A DNA stretch of 64,000 nucleotides from Tubiluchus corallicola (taxonomy: Eukaryota > Animalia > Priapulida). The stretch lies in the NCBI GenBank assembly GCA_030141605.1, contig JAQGDQ010000146.1, positions 69,933 to 133,932 on the forward strand, written 5' to 3'. The notes under the pieces are model-generated. The model ran no database searches. It was given only the letters and a program-made list of their open reading frames with translations, and was not told the origin of the DNA. Positions 1-12,309 of this stretch are shown in pieces (within the stretch, counting starts at the first letter, position 1; the number at the start of each line of letters is the position of its first letter). A program made the translations under genes and the position numbers.

Positions 1-23
1 GTCTCTCTCTCTCTCTCTCTCTT

Positions 24-89
<66 letters not shown>

Positions 90-120
90 TTCCCTGTCTC
101 TCTCTCTTTCTCTCACTCCT

Positions 121-200
<80 letters not shown>
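1..200. repeat. (CT)n microsatellite
   Basis: Direct inspection; a second (CT)n at 2063-2120 is followed by the same unique flank (tgagctaacgacctcttcgtgtc). Confidence 0.95.
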
Positions 201-204
<4 letters not shown>

Positions 205-1059
205 CTAACGACCTCTTCGTGTCTATTGTCATTTTAGCTGCTGCTCATAACACGTCGGTTTCTTTAGCATCGTCGTTAATTTATCATGCAAAATGTGATA
301 ATTTTTAATTACCTGGTACATGCGCATTAACTAATTAATTATATTAGTAACAATTCTGAGAGGGTGGCTGACCTCGATAACTTATAGTTCTTTCGCCACC
401 CTTTCACCACTAATCAATGATTACTTTTGCACTTTGTAATATTATTGTATGTTGTACAGATTTATAATTCTCTTAGTTATGTATTTTGCTATTTTAAAAA
501 TGGTGATAAACTAATAAACTTACTTACTTACTCACTCACTCACTCGCTCGCTCACTTACTTACATTATTGTTCTCTGTGCGACTGTTGAGTCAAAACAAA
601 ACTACAGGAACGTTGTCTTATGTGATAGTTTGACTAAAATAAACCAAACAAACACCAAGCTCTTGGGTGGGACATGTTAAATGTTAAAGATCAAAGATCA
701 ATGTATATATAATTTTGCGTACGTTATGCACATTTACAGGTATCATAAAATACACGCAATTATAAAATGTATAAACAGTCAAAGACTGTTGTAGGTAATA
801 GCGTTAAACTAAAAAATTTTTAAAAAAATCATTTTTTTCAATAAGTAAATAAAAGAGGTAAAATTTACATATTTACATAGCGTAAAATTAAAATTGAATT
901 ACAAAATATGACTTCATAACCACATCGACAATGCATGCGCACAAAACATTTAAAAATGACGTTAACATATGTATTTTTACATTGAGCGTTTTTCATTTCG
1001 ATTATTTTATGGAACTTTCATTATACTGCTGGTAATATATAGACATAATCATAGCTATT

Positions 1060-1720
1060 TTATTATTTTTGTAAGGTGACCTCTCATAATTTTTGAGTAG
1101 TGTGTTCTTTAATTTCTTTTTGAGATCTCTTAAACTCGTTGAAGATTTTATTTCTTCAGGTGCTGAATTCCAGACATTAATTGTTGCTTTTCATATTCGG
1201 TTATGACCTTGTTTTGTGTTTGTCTGAATTTGCTTTATGTTAAGAGTTCTCTTTTTTACGCATTCAGCTTCTATAAAATGTATATAATCATTTTCAAATG
1301 ATTTGCTTATATTTGTAGATGAACGTAAAGGTATGGCATTGTGTGGTAGAAACGTTTAGCTTTTCCTGTTTGCCGTTGCTGAATTTGGTAAACAAGTATA
1401 TATTTTAAAGCATTATTTTGCATGAGGTCCAGTTTGTTTAAAAATTTCTTGGTAGATTGATTAGTAGGTGACAACCGTAAGTTAAACGAGGAAGGACCAT
1501 GGTTTTGTAGATTAATAATATTTTTTATACTCAGTTGGCCTTATTGTTGTTTGAGAAACGAAATACCTTGTCCCATTTTTTGTACAGTGCTATTAACTTG
1601 GTTGGCCCATTTTAATTTATTATTCATTTGGCTTCTTTAGATTTACAAAATGTTTGATTAAGCACGTTAGGTGTTAAGCTATCCCTTTTGTATGCTTCAT
1701 TTTGGGCTTTGCATTAGAAA
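1060..1720 (-). mobile_element. Decayed LINE reverse-transcriptase C-terminal fragment (I/Jockey-like)
   Basis: Minus strand around 1400-1530 reads LLIYKTMVLPRLTYGC and, after a frameshift, KFLNKLDLMQNNALKYIL, typical of a post-RT LINE region. Broken by stops and frameshifts; boundaries approximate. Confidence 0.6.
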
Positions 1721-2059
1721 AACTGTTTTTCGGGGATCATTTGTATGAAACGGAAGTGCAGAATGCATTTCATTTCTTCTGTGTTTTGTTTTAGTGTGTG
1801 TACAGGATGTGGGTCTGTGTTATTTGCAGATAGATTGGTATCATCTGTGCATTGCGTCATGCTGCAGTTTTTTTAGAATGTTTGAATATTGCTTACATAA
1901 ATAATAAATAACAGCGGACCGAGAACTGTGCCTTGTGGCACCGCATTTTTTATTGTTCCCCATTGTGAATATATGTTGTTTTGAAGCTATGGAAACGCCA
2001 CATAGGTGTTCCAAATATGTGCAGTATACAATGTAAATTATATTTTTATCGAATTCCAG

Positions 2060-2124
<65 letters not shown>

Positions 2125-3439
2125 CTAACGACCTCTTCGTGTCTGTTATCATCTGGTTTGTGTTCAGATTTTTTATTTGTGCCAAACAGTGTACATTCCT
2201 CTGTGGCAGAGAAAACGTTTGTCTTTTGTATGTTCGTATGCATGCTTGCTTGTTTGTTTGCTTGCTTGCTTGTTTCTTTCTTTGTTTACTTGTTTGTTTG
2301 TTTGTTTTTTGTATGTATGTTTGTTGTTTTCGTATGTTTGTTTGTTTGTTCACTCCTGCGTTCGTTTGTTCATTTGTTTATTCATTCGTTTATTTATTTT
2401 TTGTTTTTTCTTTCCATTCATTTGTTTATTCATTAGCAATACAAACATCTTTCGACTAGCCAGGGTCAACTGGACGAGTGGCCTTGTTAAAAAGATCGAC
2501 CAAGCACTTGGTAACTGACTAATTCACGAACTTTTGGAATACCTAACAATAGACAAACCCTCTTTTAAACGAACCTTTCCGTAGAATGCGACATGTGTAG
2601 AAACCAATACAAACATCCGGACTAGCAGACATGTTAAATTCAACCTAGAGAAGACAGCTCTTCCTCATCAGCCTGAACACGATCATCTCATCTTAACTCT
2701 TTATATGATTATAATATTTTAACTAAATTCTTCTAATACTGGCTTAATGCATATTTTTGCTCTTCTCTTTTCATTTGGAACTCTGCATGTTCTCTACTAT
2801 GAACTAGCTCAATTATAGTGTCTGCAGCATCCGTGATGGAGGGAGTTTTGGTCGTTGTTGGTTGGGGGAATGATATTTGGTTCTGCAGCTGCATTATTGC
2901 TACTCCTTCTGCTACCAACATAGTGGCTTTTAGCTGCTGCTCATAACACGTCGTTTCTTTTGCATCGTCGTTATTGTTCTCTGTGCGACTGTTGAGTCAA
3001 AACAAAACTACAGGAACGTTGTCTTGTGTGATAGTTTGACTAAAATAAACCAAATAAATACCAAGCTCTTGGGTGACCCTGGGACATGTTAAAGATCAAA
3101 CGTAAAATGGTTTCAAAAAAGTTGTAATCCAAAACACGTAAAGCAAAATAAGACACAATTAAAGCACCGTGCTGTAATAGTGCGTTTGAGGAAATTTTTG
3201 ACTAATGCATGATCCTGAAAAAGCGAACGTAATTACATAAAGTCTTACAACAAGACACACATGCATCCGAGTGGGCCCGATTCAAAAAATAAACCCCTAT
3301 GACACTGCACTAGATCGAGACCTTTTATTTGATATATAGATCGCCGCGTACAATAGAGTAAGAGTTAGAGAATGAATGAAGCTGTGGACAAAGGATCGTG
3401 TTGCCGAGTCGTGGAGTATCTGTTTGGAGACTGGCGATG

Positions 3440-3521
3440 GTGGGCAGGACAGATAGACAGGCAGGCAGGCAGAGGAGGAGGAGGAGAGAGAGAGGGGGGA
3501 GAAAGAGAGAGAGAAGGAGAT

Positions 3522-3560
<39 letters not shown>

Positions 3561-3623
3561 AAGAGGGAGAGGGAGAGAGAGAGAGAGAGGGGAGATAGAG
3601 AAAGAGAGAGAAAGAGAGAGAGG

Positions 3624-3682
<59 letters not shown>
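3440..3682. repeat. (AG)n / purine microsatellite
   Basis: Direct inspection. Confidence 0.95.
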
Positions 3683-3685
<3 letters not shown>

Positions 3686-5284
3686 CGCCTATTTTATAAT
3701 TCTCAACATTTGCGACGTACAATTACTAAACCGCAGCGTTTTTCTCTTACACAGTAAATTGAATGATACTGAGATACACTTGTGCCTGCAGCAGTTTCTG
3801 TAATTTTCTCCACCTTTTATCTGTTTGTTATAAGCCTGTAAGTGGTTTCTCAACTGAAACACGTAAGCAGCTACTCGAATGAGATGAAAACGCTTGCTAT
3901 CGTATTGTTCACAACGCTTGGGGTGACAGTTACTCTAGTGCTGCCTAACCCAAGTCAAAATCTGCGAAAATTTCAGGTGTTTGATTACAAATTACTTACA
4001 TGGATAAATATGCTTGTATCCGTCCGCCTCAGGGCATCCATTTATTAAGCTCAAAGAAGTGAACATCCTCAAAGAAGTGAACATTAACAATAGTCGGGTA
4101 AAGAAACGAGCAAATGAACAGATAAAAGAAAATGCGAACGAATTAACGAACGAACAAACAGAACTGCAAAATAAACTTCTCAGATAAAACAGATTGAAAG
4201 ATATAATATGCATACTTGGTCTTTTAATTCTAAGCCTACACTACTCTATACGCACGTGGCGCCAACTGTTAACAAAAATGCAAACATTTACACATTGAAA
4301 TTTTACATGCTATATATTTTTTATTTATTAGTGCCAAAAATACATACAAGACATACATAGAATATCAATTTTGAAATATACAAAAAACAAGACATATATA
4401 TAATTTCAATTATGACATATAATGACACATTATAAAAATTATGAAATAAAGTTTATCTAATCTCAGTAATCTAACCTAATCTGACCAAATCTAATAAAGT
4501 GTCATTAGACTGTCTTTTGCGTTCATTTCATCTGAAGATTTCAGAAGAATAAATAACAAACAAACGTTTGAAAATCAACAAAATTTGTGGGAAGTAAAAG
4601 AGCAAACAGCTTCATTTGCTAAACGTTTTAACGACGATTACTTATCACTTGTCTGGGGAAAATTCTTCCAGATTTAATCGACTAATCTAGATAAAAATCT
4701 GCATATCTGTTTTTTATTGTAAATGATGTAAGACCGAACTAATGTAAGACCAAACTAGAAAGGCATAATAATTTTGATAACAGTTTATTGAACATTAATA
4801 CAAGAGTACGTAATGAATGTATGTGATTAATAATATACAGCACTGGTGGTTTTTTCTCATAAGTGAATTACGCTATGCAATTTTTATAACATGCTGATAG
4901 AATCTGCTGTGTTGACTCTACCAGCTACTTGCTACTGCTACTCAGAATCACAATAAAATTATACAACAAATAGCAGATAATAAAGGGCAACTTGTTTCAA
5001 TACTTTACCAATACATTTACAGTGAATGTTCAAGGAAACTGTGCTGATTAAGTTATTACATAATTACAAATTCAAACTTTCTTTAGTTCTGGTTTCTTGT
5101 CTTTTGGGTTTTACAGTTGCGCATCACAGTTGCACAGTTTGGTTTTCATAATTCCAAAATCTTTCCTATAGATATCATTCTGATTAGTCGTGCCTGGCCA
5201 GGTGACACTTAGTCAATCATAAGTTACAGAAACACATTGATCGTTCAAGTAAAACTGAGACAACAACGTACTTTGTAATTATTT

Positions 5285-6181
5285 TTACACGCATCTAAGA
5301 ATCTTCTTGAATGCTGTTCTAAATTTGCTGTTTGTTGCTGCATATATGAAAGGGTTGACTGCACTGTTTGAAAAGCTCATGCATACTGCTATTTTTTCAG
5401 CAATATCTGATATGCACAATGGACAGCTTATGAAGATTGTTGTCATAATTAAGAGTGGACCCCAACAAATGAAAAATGCAACAGTGATTATAGTTAAAGT
5501 TTTTGTTGCTTTCATGTCCATCACTCTTGTTCCAGTTTGTCGGTTTTCAGAACCAATTTGCAAGATTTGCTTTCTTGCTGCCCGCCATATTAATGCATAC
5601 AGTGAGACTATAATTGTTGCTTGTAAACAGGTCAAAATACAGGAAAAAATCGTGGTGCCGTCTACCATTTCTATGCACGCTAAAATAATGCTCGAGAGCC
5701 ATGTAATGGATAATAGCATTATCAATGTTCTCTTTGTAAAACAAATATTGTATTTGTAAGGATGCAAAATGGCTACATATCTCTCAACAGCAATTAAGCA
5801 TAAGTGCAGTAAGCTGCAGTTTAGAGCAACCAAGGCAACAACAACAACTATATAGTCTACAACAACCATTGCAACAAAATTTTCTTCAAGGCTTTTACCT
5901 AGAACGTTAACACGTCTAACATATATTACAGTGACAAATTCAATTGGTATTGATATCAGTCCAAATAGCAGATCTGTTACAGCAAGTGATACGATCAGTG
6001 CATTCGTTCTTGTTTGCAACTGCTCATACTTGTAAATTGCAATTAAGACAAGCAAGTTTCCAACAACTGTAATGATGATCAACCATGCTAAGAATGCTGC
6101 AACAGTTAGTATAAACCAATCTTCCTCGTAATTCACTTCGTCAGTTGTGTTTCCTATCAGAGTATCATTTTCGGATGGCAT
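5285..6181 (-). CDS. Intronless class A (rhodopsin-like) GPCR, 298 aa
   Basis: Seven hydrophobic segments; TM1 GNLLV, TM2 LAVTD, TM3 ERY, TM4 W, TM6 FFICWGP, TM7 NPFIY, helix 8 FRTAF; N-terminal N-glycosylation sequons NDT and NTT. Confidence 0.95.
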   Translation of the reverse strand: MPSENDTLIGNTTDEVNYEEDWFILTVAAFLAWLIIITVVGNLLVLIAIYKYEQLQTRTNALIVSLAVTDLLFGLISIPIEFVTVIYVRRVNVLGKSLEENFVAMVVVDYIVVVVALVALNCSLLHLCLIAVERYVAILHPYKYNICFTKRTLIMLLSITWLSSIILACIEMVDGTTIFSCILTCLQATIIVSLYALIWRAARKQILQIGSENRQTGTRVMDMKATKTLTIITVAFFICWGPLLIMTTIFISCPLCISDIAEKIAVCMSFSNSAVNPFIYAATNSKFRTAFKKILRCV

Positions 6182-7816
6182 TGTCAGGTGCTGTCATTAA
6201 ACAGTAACACTAACCTTTACTTTTTTAACTTTTTTTAATTTTTATGTTGAGAAATGCAAATATTTGATGCAACGCATCAGAAAGTCTGCACATCTGGTCT
6301 ACAGTATCACACCTCTGTTTGCTGCCACATAAGTATGCATTTCATATTATACCCATTCCTAGCAGCTGTTTTTGTGAATAGTTGTCATTAGCAATTATTT
6401 CTATTATAAAGCTGTTCATAATTGGTAACAGCAATTTGCCATATTTGCCAACATGGTGTTGGGAAATAGGAGTCAACATGATAGTCACTGTGGATCATTA
6501 TAGTCTCATAGTCACTATGAACAATAAGATTTTTTTTGGATAGTGCAATGTATGTAGCTCTTTATCCATTGTTTGTCTTCTAGCTCACATACGAAGTATA
6601 ATGGCAATTGTGGAACGAATTCAACAGATCAAGAGGCAAAAAATAATTGTCATTATAATGCATATTAGGTTTATCAAAGTGCCACTTATATTTGAAATAG
6701 GAACAGAAAGCTGCTATAGTAAGCGTTGAGATATCCTCATTCCACAGCTCTTGATCAACTACAATTTGCACAAGAAAAGACTGGATTCTGCAATTGGTTT
6801 TCTTTAGTCATCGATAAGCACGTGCAATAAAGTTTGCTAGATTAACGGTTTAAACCAGAACTACAGGACAGTTGTTCCTGCAAACTGTTAGAAACGTAAA
6901 CTAGTAGGTTACGCCATTTTGCAAACCTGCTTCAGCCAGCAGTACTCACTTTAGCGCAAGTCACTGGCTGTTCGTCAACAAAGCAAGTGTTATATAGCCC
7001 GTATTTTTGAAAAAGAATGAACTCATTTGCTGTGAGCTGATAACGCATGGCCCTTGGGGAGGAAAGCATTGTGCGATGAATATTGAACGGTTGGGAAAAA
7101 TTTCAATTAGCTCTGCTTCTTCTGGAGCCTGTAGGAGATCACGTTGCAATCACGTGACCTCAGTATTAGAACAATTTCTGTCAAGACGTCCGTTGTTTTC
7201 AGCAGCAAATAGAATGATGAACGTCGCTGCAGACCTCAGGAAGTTGTACTGTCGATTTTCTGAAACTGTATAAACAGCTCAGCTAAACTCTGTATTGAAA
7301 TGATTTGAGACAGTATGGCGTCTCAAGATTTTTCAAACCAGTATAGCTAGAAATCGTAGCAACCACGGTTTTTTGGAAATAATTAGTTTATGATTCATTT
7401 AAAGGCCTATATAACCCCAACAGACATACAATTTTTTAATGCATTATTAAGATTGCACAAAGAACTCATAGTTATTATTAAACAAAAGACAATTATACAT
7501 TAAATAACTTGCCTTTTTCTGGCGAACATCGAATGCGTTCTTGGCCAAGTTTCAAGTCTCTGGCACGAGTGAGCGAGAATGACATACGAGGTACAGAAAG
7601 CGTCTTTGGTTTACTGCTATTTGTTTACTGATCTTTGGTGACCACATGACTGTACTCATTAAGTTATTCGTCTCCCGCAGAAATGGGCTATTTGCAGAGC
7701 TGCACAAAACATATTGCTTATTATTCGAGTTGGCGAGATAGTAGACATCTTGGATTATATTGAACTCGAGTGAAAGTTTTTTCAAGACCAAGTGGATTGT
7801 GGACATCGATGGTTGT

Positions 7817-8686
7817 TTAATTGTCTCCGCCTCTGGTTATTTTCCTAAATGCTGTTTTAAATCTCTTATTTGATGCCGCATATATGATGGAGTTGATTCC
7901 GCTGTTGCAATATCCAAATAGCATTATATATCGCATTGCAGTTCTTGAAATGCAGAAGTTGCATCTGGGGTTGATTATGGAAAACACTGTAAACGGTGCA
8001 AAGCAAACAACAAATGCAACAGTCACGATGATGAACATTTTCGTCGCTTTCATTTCTGTCACTCTAATGCCCATCTGTTGGTCTTGCTGGTGAATTTGTA
8101 AAACCTGTCTTCTTGCAATCCTCCAGATGAGTGAATACACAAGAATCATGAGCAGCATTGGCAAGCATTTCGTTACAACAGCTGAAACGAGTCGTAGCCG
8201 ATAAATGTCCAGACTTGCTAGGAGGAATGAAGTTACCCACGTTGAACATAATACAACAGCCAATGTTGTCTTTGTGAAGTAAATGCTGTATTTAAAAGGA
8301 TGCATAACAGCAAAATACCTTTCTGCAGTTATGACACATAAATGTACTATGCCGGAGTCTATAGTCACGATGGCAGTGACTTTTCTGACAGTATAATACA
8401 CTGGAGGAAGTTGTGTTGTGTATAAGATGGTGGGGATTTTTGAAGGCAATGTTACCAGTCCAATTAACAGGTCAGTGGTAGCTAAGGACACAATGAGTGC
8501 ATTAACTTTTGTCTGCAGTTGTTCATGCTTGTAAACTGCGATCAAAACTAATGAATTACCAATGATTATAATTATTATTAATAGTAGATGTAAGATTACT
8601 AGGATCATTATGCTGGGCAATGTGTTGTTATTCCATAACTCACTGGTAAAATTGTGCGTTGTATTATTATCATCAGCGTCAGGCAT
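7817..8686 (-). CDS. Intronless class A GPCR, 289 aa, tandem paralogue of 5285-6181
   Basis: GNSLV, LATTD, ERY, FVVCFAP, NSIIY. Shares AxYKxEQLQT, NALIVSLA, IWRxARxQ and MKATK with the neighbouring receptor. Confidence 0.93.
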   Translation of the reverse strand: MPDADDNNTTHNFTSELWNNNTLPSIMILVILHLLLIIIIIIGNSLVLIAVYKHEQLQTKVNALIVSLATTDLLIGLVTLPSKIPTILYTTQLPPVYYTVRKVTAIVTIDSGIVHLCVITAERYFAVMHPFKYSIYFTKTTLAVVLCSTWVTSFLLASLDIYRLRLVSAVVTKCLPMLLMILVYSLIWRIARRQVLQIHQQDQQMGIRVTEMKATKMFIIVTVAFVVCFAPFTVFSIINPRCNFCISRTAMRYIMLFGYCNSGINSIIYAASNKRFKTAFRKITRGGDN

Positions 8687-8809
8687 TAGGAGCTATAGTC
8701 GTGCATTTTAAAGTGCATTTTTGGTGAAGACATTCAATAATTTTTTCTGCAACAAATGTTTCTCATTTGTAAATGTATTTTACACCTTCTCAAGCACAGT
8801 GATCGTACC

Positions 8810-9440
8810 CAGGGTGCTGAGATCCATTGTGAGTCTTCATCTGTATCCGGGGTTCCACAAGGAAGTGTGTTAGGGCCTTTGTTGTTTTTAATGTACATAG
8901 ACGATATCGACCATAAACTAGTCTCGAAGATATTGATGTTTGTTGATGATGTAAAATTGGCACGATCCGTACTTGATGATCTTTAGAACCAATGACTTCA
9001 GCAAGACCTTGGCACGTTAATGAAGTTTTATGCTCAAGATTCCAAATGTAAATCTCTTCATGTTGACGGAAGCACTTGTTTGGCTTGCTGTACATTTAAC
9101 CTTGATCTTCTGTTGAATGTAGAAACGGAAATTTAGAGTTTTATCCGATAGTACACAGAACTTCTGTAATCACATTGTGAACAAAAACTGAGGCCTGACA
9201 GCCAAAACGTTTATGCCAGCACAAGAGTTATGTTTCTACACTACAAGAAACTGGTATGTCAACATCTGGAATACCTCAAACAAGTATGGAATCCTCAGTT
9301 TATTAAATACACGAATCTACGCGAGACATTACAAGATCGTGCAACAGAACTCAACAGCCTAAACTATGAACAAAAACTAAGAAAGTTGCAACTGTACAGA
9401 TTCTACTCGCGGCATTTGTGTAATACGCTAAAGATATGAA
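8810..9440 (+). mobile_element. CR1-type LINE RT fragment (decayed)
   Basis: SGVPQGSVLGPLLFLMYIDDI...FVDDVKL, then YKKLV..HLEY..QVWNP..LQDRAT..LNYEQKLRKLQL. Confidence 0.85.
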
Positions 9441-10105
9441 CCAAAATACTTAATATTCCTTTATTGAACATATGAACAGTTTTTCTAACACTTCAGCTTT
9501 ACGTGTAACAACTATATATGGATCCTGTTCCATGATTGCTCGTTATATGTGCATGCTGTGCTAATAGTAACACTAATCATTATTGTCACCGGGCTTCCTT
9601 CATTTGTTTGATAATGGCATCAGCTACTTGTCATTAATGTTGTAATGCTACACCATTAACAAAGCAATGCATTAATGCTAGGTGTTTTATTTAGACATGT
9701 TGATGTTCTGTTTCCTCCAATATTTATCCAACTTAAATGTACTTACTGTGCATGCATCATCCATTCATTATAATTATTATTTGTTCAGCCTATACACTTT
9801 GTTTTTGTGTATACGTGTCTCAACCAGAACCAATTTGTTTTTTCTTTTTTTACTTTCAGTATGTATTGTAATTTTATTTGTGACAATTTATTACACTGAC
9901 TGATTTTATCACAAATGATTTGACGTAAATAAGTAATCATTCCGTTAATTTTTCTCTGTATGTTGTGGCATTATTAGTAAATCTATTTGTTTAGTTGTAA
10001 CGTTTTGTAAAGTCAAAAGAAAACTGGCTATTACTAGTCATTGCATCTGTGCTGAATTTGGAATTCTATACCTCGGAAGTTCAAAAACAAATCTCTTGTA
10101 GAAAC

Positions 10106-10999
10106 TCATAGTTGCTCAAGTGGGACCTGCTGGTAAGTTATGGCAGCTTTTCCAGTTAGAACAGGGCCTAAGGACGCTGCCCAGCATTTCTGGGGAATAG
10201 CATTAGCAGTAGCTGACTGTGCAAAACAGTCCAAGAAAATCTCAATATCCTCCGTTGTTTCGTCATACATGCGAAACTTGAGACGTTTTATTACGTTAGC
10301 AGTCGAGATATTGGGCGTATCCAAGCTTGAGTTAATGGCAGAACCATGAGCAGGGTTTGACTGCGCAGTGTGTGCTGCAGAAAATTCCAACTTTTTCATC
10401 TCCAGCTGCATTTCCGCTAATCTACACTCATCTCGCACTTGTTCAGCCCGGAGTTGCTGAAGTAAAAGTAAAACTTGAGCTGGGTTATCTGTTACAGCAG
10501 ACAAAGCTTCCAAAGAGACGTCTGGCATACTATATCCAGAGGGAGGTGCATGGAGGAGAGACTGTCCAGCCATCGTTGCATCGCGAAACAGCAAAGGGGG
10601 CGGAGTATGAGCAGTGGCATCCAAATCAGAACCGTGAGCACTATAGCCTGCAACAGGCGTCCCCATTGTAGGTTTTGTAGTGCCCAAGGGCTTGGGCTTT
10701 ACGCTTAAATCTCTACTCTCTCCCACCTGTGCATATTTCTGTTGAACAGGCATATCAGTTGGTCCACTAGAACCTGGATCCGCCTCGGGGTCACTTTCAG
10801 GGTCTGAAGTTGTGTCCCCCACTTTATCAACTTCCTCAACAGTAGTACGGAGACCTGCGACTTCATAAATTCGTTCCACCAGCTGAGCACTCAGCTGAGT
10901 AACTGAGGACTCAAAATCTAGGCCTAATTTTCTGGCAACTTCAAACAAGTCATCTCTTTTCATTTGTGTCAGCTGAGCTAGAGAAACATGCTCCGCCAT
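10106..10999 (-). pseudogene. Truncated Gypsy gag (HeH-like N-terminus, coiled coil, capsid N-terminal region)
   Basis: MKRDDLFEVARKLGL N-terminus; F..YDE..EDIEIFLDCFAQSA....IPQKCWA..LGPVLTGKAA motif typical of Gypsy gag; ends at a premature stop. Confidence 0.8.
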
Positions 11000-11623
11000 T
11001 AATATTATTATTATTGTTCTATGTTTTAATAGTTGCACTGGAATTGAGCAATAAAAGTATTTATTTATTTACACAGCAGGAGCTGTGATTGCTATATTAC
11101 AGTCACGCCTCCACACAAGAGCGGCAAAGATCAATCGCTCTGACAATCATTCAAGGTCAACTTCTAACCACTCACGCAGTACCAAGTTACCCTGTTTATG
11201 CTATTAAGAATTGACCAACAAGGATAATTTAAACAAAACTAACACTAACAGCGCAGCAATGAAGCCAAATAATGCTGCGATGTTCATTTAGCAGCTTTAA
11301 GAAGCAAGCGTCTCATGCCTCCTCCAAATAAAAGTTTTGTGATAAATTATTCTTGACCTGTTTAACGAAAATAAACGTTTTTCTCGACCGAAAGGAAAGT
11401 TTTCACTACAGCAATTCAAGCAAGTAGAAATACATTGGGAAGGTAAATTGCAGCTTGAGAGTAAAATATTATATTTGCTTTAACTTTAGCTTACTACTGC
11501 AAGCCTACCTAGTATGGCTTCTATACCTTAAAATATCGGAGTAGCGCAGTCAAAACAGACGTTCTGATAACGTTAAAATACTCGCTGAACAGGAAGTGTA
11601 AATGAGGTCAGACACAGCAAAAA

Positions 11624-11634
11624 TTCTGACACCA
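11624..11634 (-). promoter_or_regulatory. Primer-binding site (TGGTGTCAGAA, tRNA-Leu type)
   Basis: Matches the common Gypsy Leu-tRNA PBS directly 3' of the LTR CA end. Confidence 0.8.
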
Positions 11635-11635
11635 C

Positions 11636-12309
11636 TGTGATAATCCGTTTGGCCTAAAATGCTGTAAATGTGTTTATGTCAGGATGGCAAGATTATCACT
11701 ACCACACTGATGCTAACACACCATAAATACTTAAAGAAACAGTAAGCTTTATTTGATCTAAGGCTGTGGGTCTCTGGCGAGCTTCCTTAACGTGAGAATC
11801 TAACATTATCAGAACAGATAGACAAACGACCAATTAGCTATAAACTCAATATTATTTAACATCAGAAAAACACATTTGAGAATTAATAAACAAAGATATA
11901 CTACAAATTATAGTTTTAACTACTGTCTTTAATTTTACCAGGGATTTTTAAGTGTACCACAAACACCACAAACTGTACTTATCGTGAGTCTCTGTGCACA
12001 CGTTGGCTAGCTAGCCTAACCTCGTCACTGTCGCTGTCGACGGCGGCGTGTACTGGAACAGTCTGACGGCAGGCTCACAAACGGTAACTTCAGGGTCAGA
12101 CAATGAGGTGACAGCAGGCGTGGCATTTACTCCATCAACTGAGGAATGCGCTGTATCAAGTCCGGCGTATCTGAAGGCACTGACAGGAAGACCGACCACA
12201 GGCTGATTCTCTGAGAACTACCAATAGTCCATTTCACGACCTGGTCTCCTCCACCATAAACGACAAAGTCTCTAGGGGCTTCCTAAATAATGGACAGCCC
12301 AGGATCACA
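11636..12309 (-). repeat. Gypsy 5' LTR (~674 bp)
   Basis: TG...CA ends with a 6-bp inverted repeat; the end abutting the PBS is firm, the distal end is inferred from the matching TGTGAT. Confidence 0.7.

Larger units (their letters stand above)
10020..12309 (-). mobile_element. Internally deleted Gypsy LTR retrotransposon (5' LTR, PBS, gag, pol-end remnant)
   Basis: Minus-strand LTR 12309-11636 with TGTGAT...ATCACA termini and an internal AATAAA; PBS TGGTGTCAGAA follows after a 1-nt spacer; gag-like ORF downstream. No second LTR seen. Confidence 0.8.

Noticed and set aside
1841-3803. ER/LS-repeat and hydrophobic ORFs
   Set aside because: Translations of (AG)n, (CT)n and (TTTG)n microsatellites.
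5307-5759. Plus-strand ORFs opposite the GPCRs (also opposite the SDR, collagen and BEL genes)
   Set aside because: Antisense shadows of real coding sequence.
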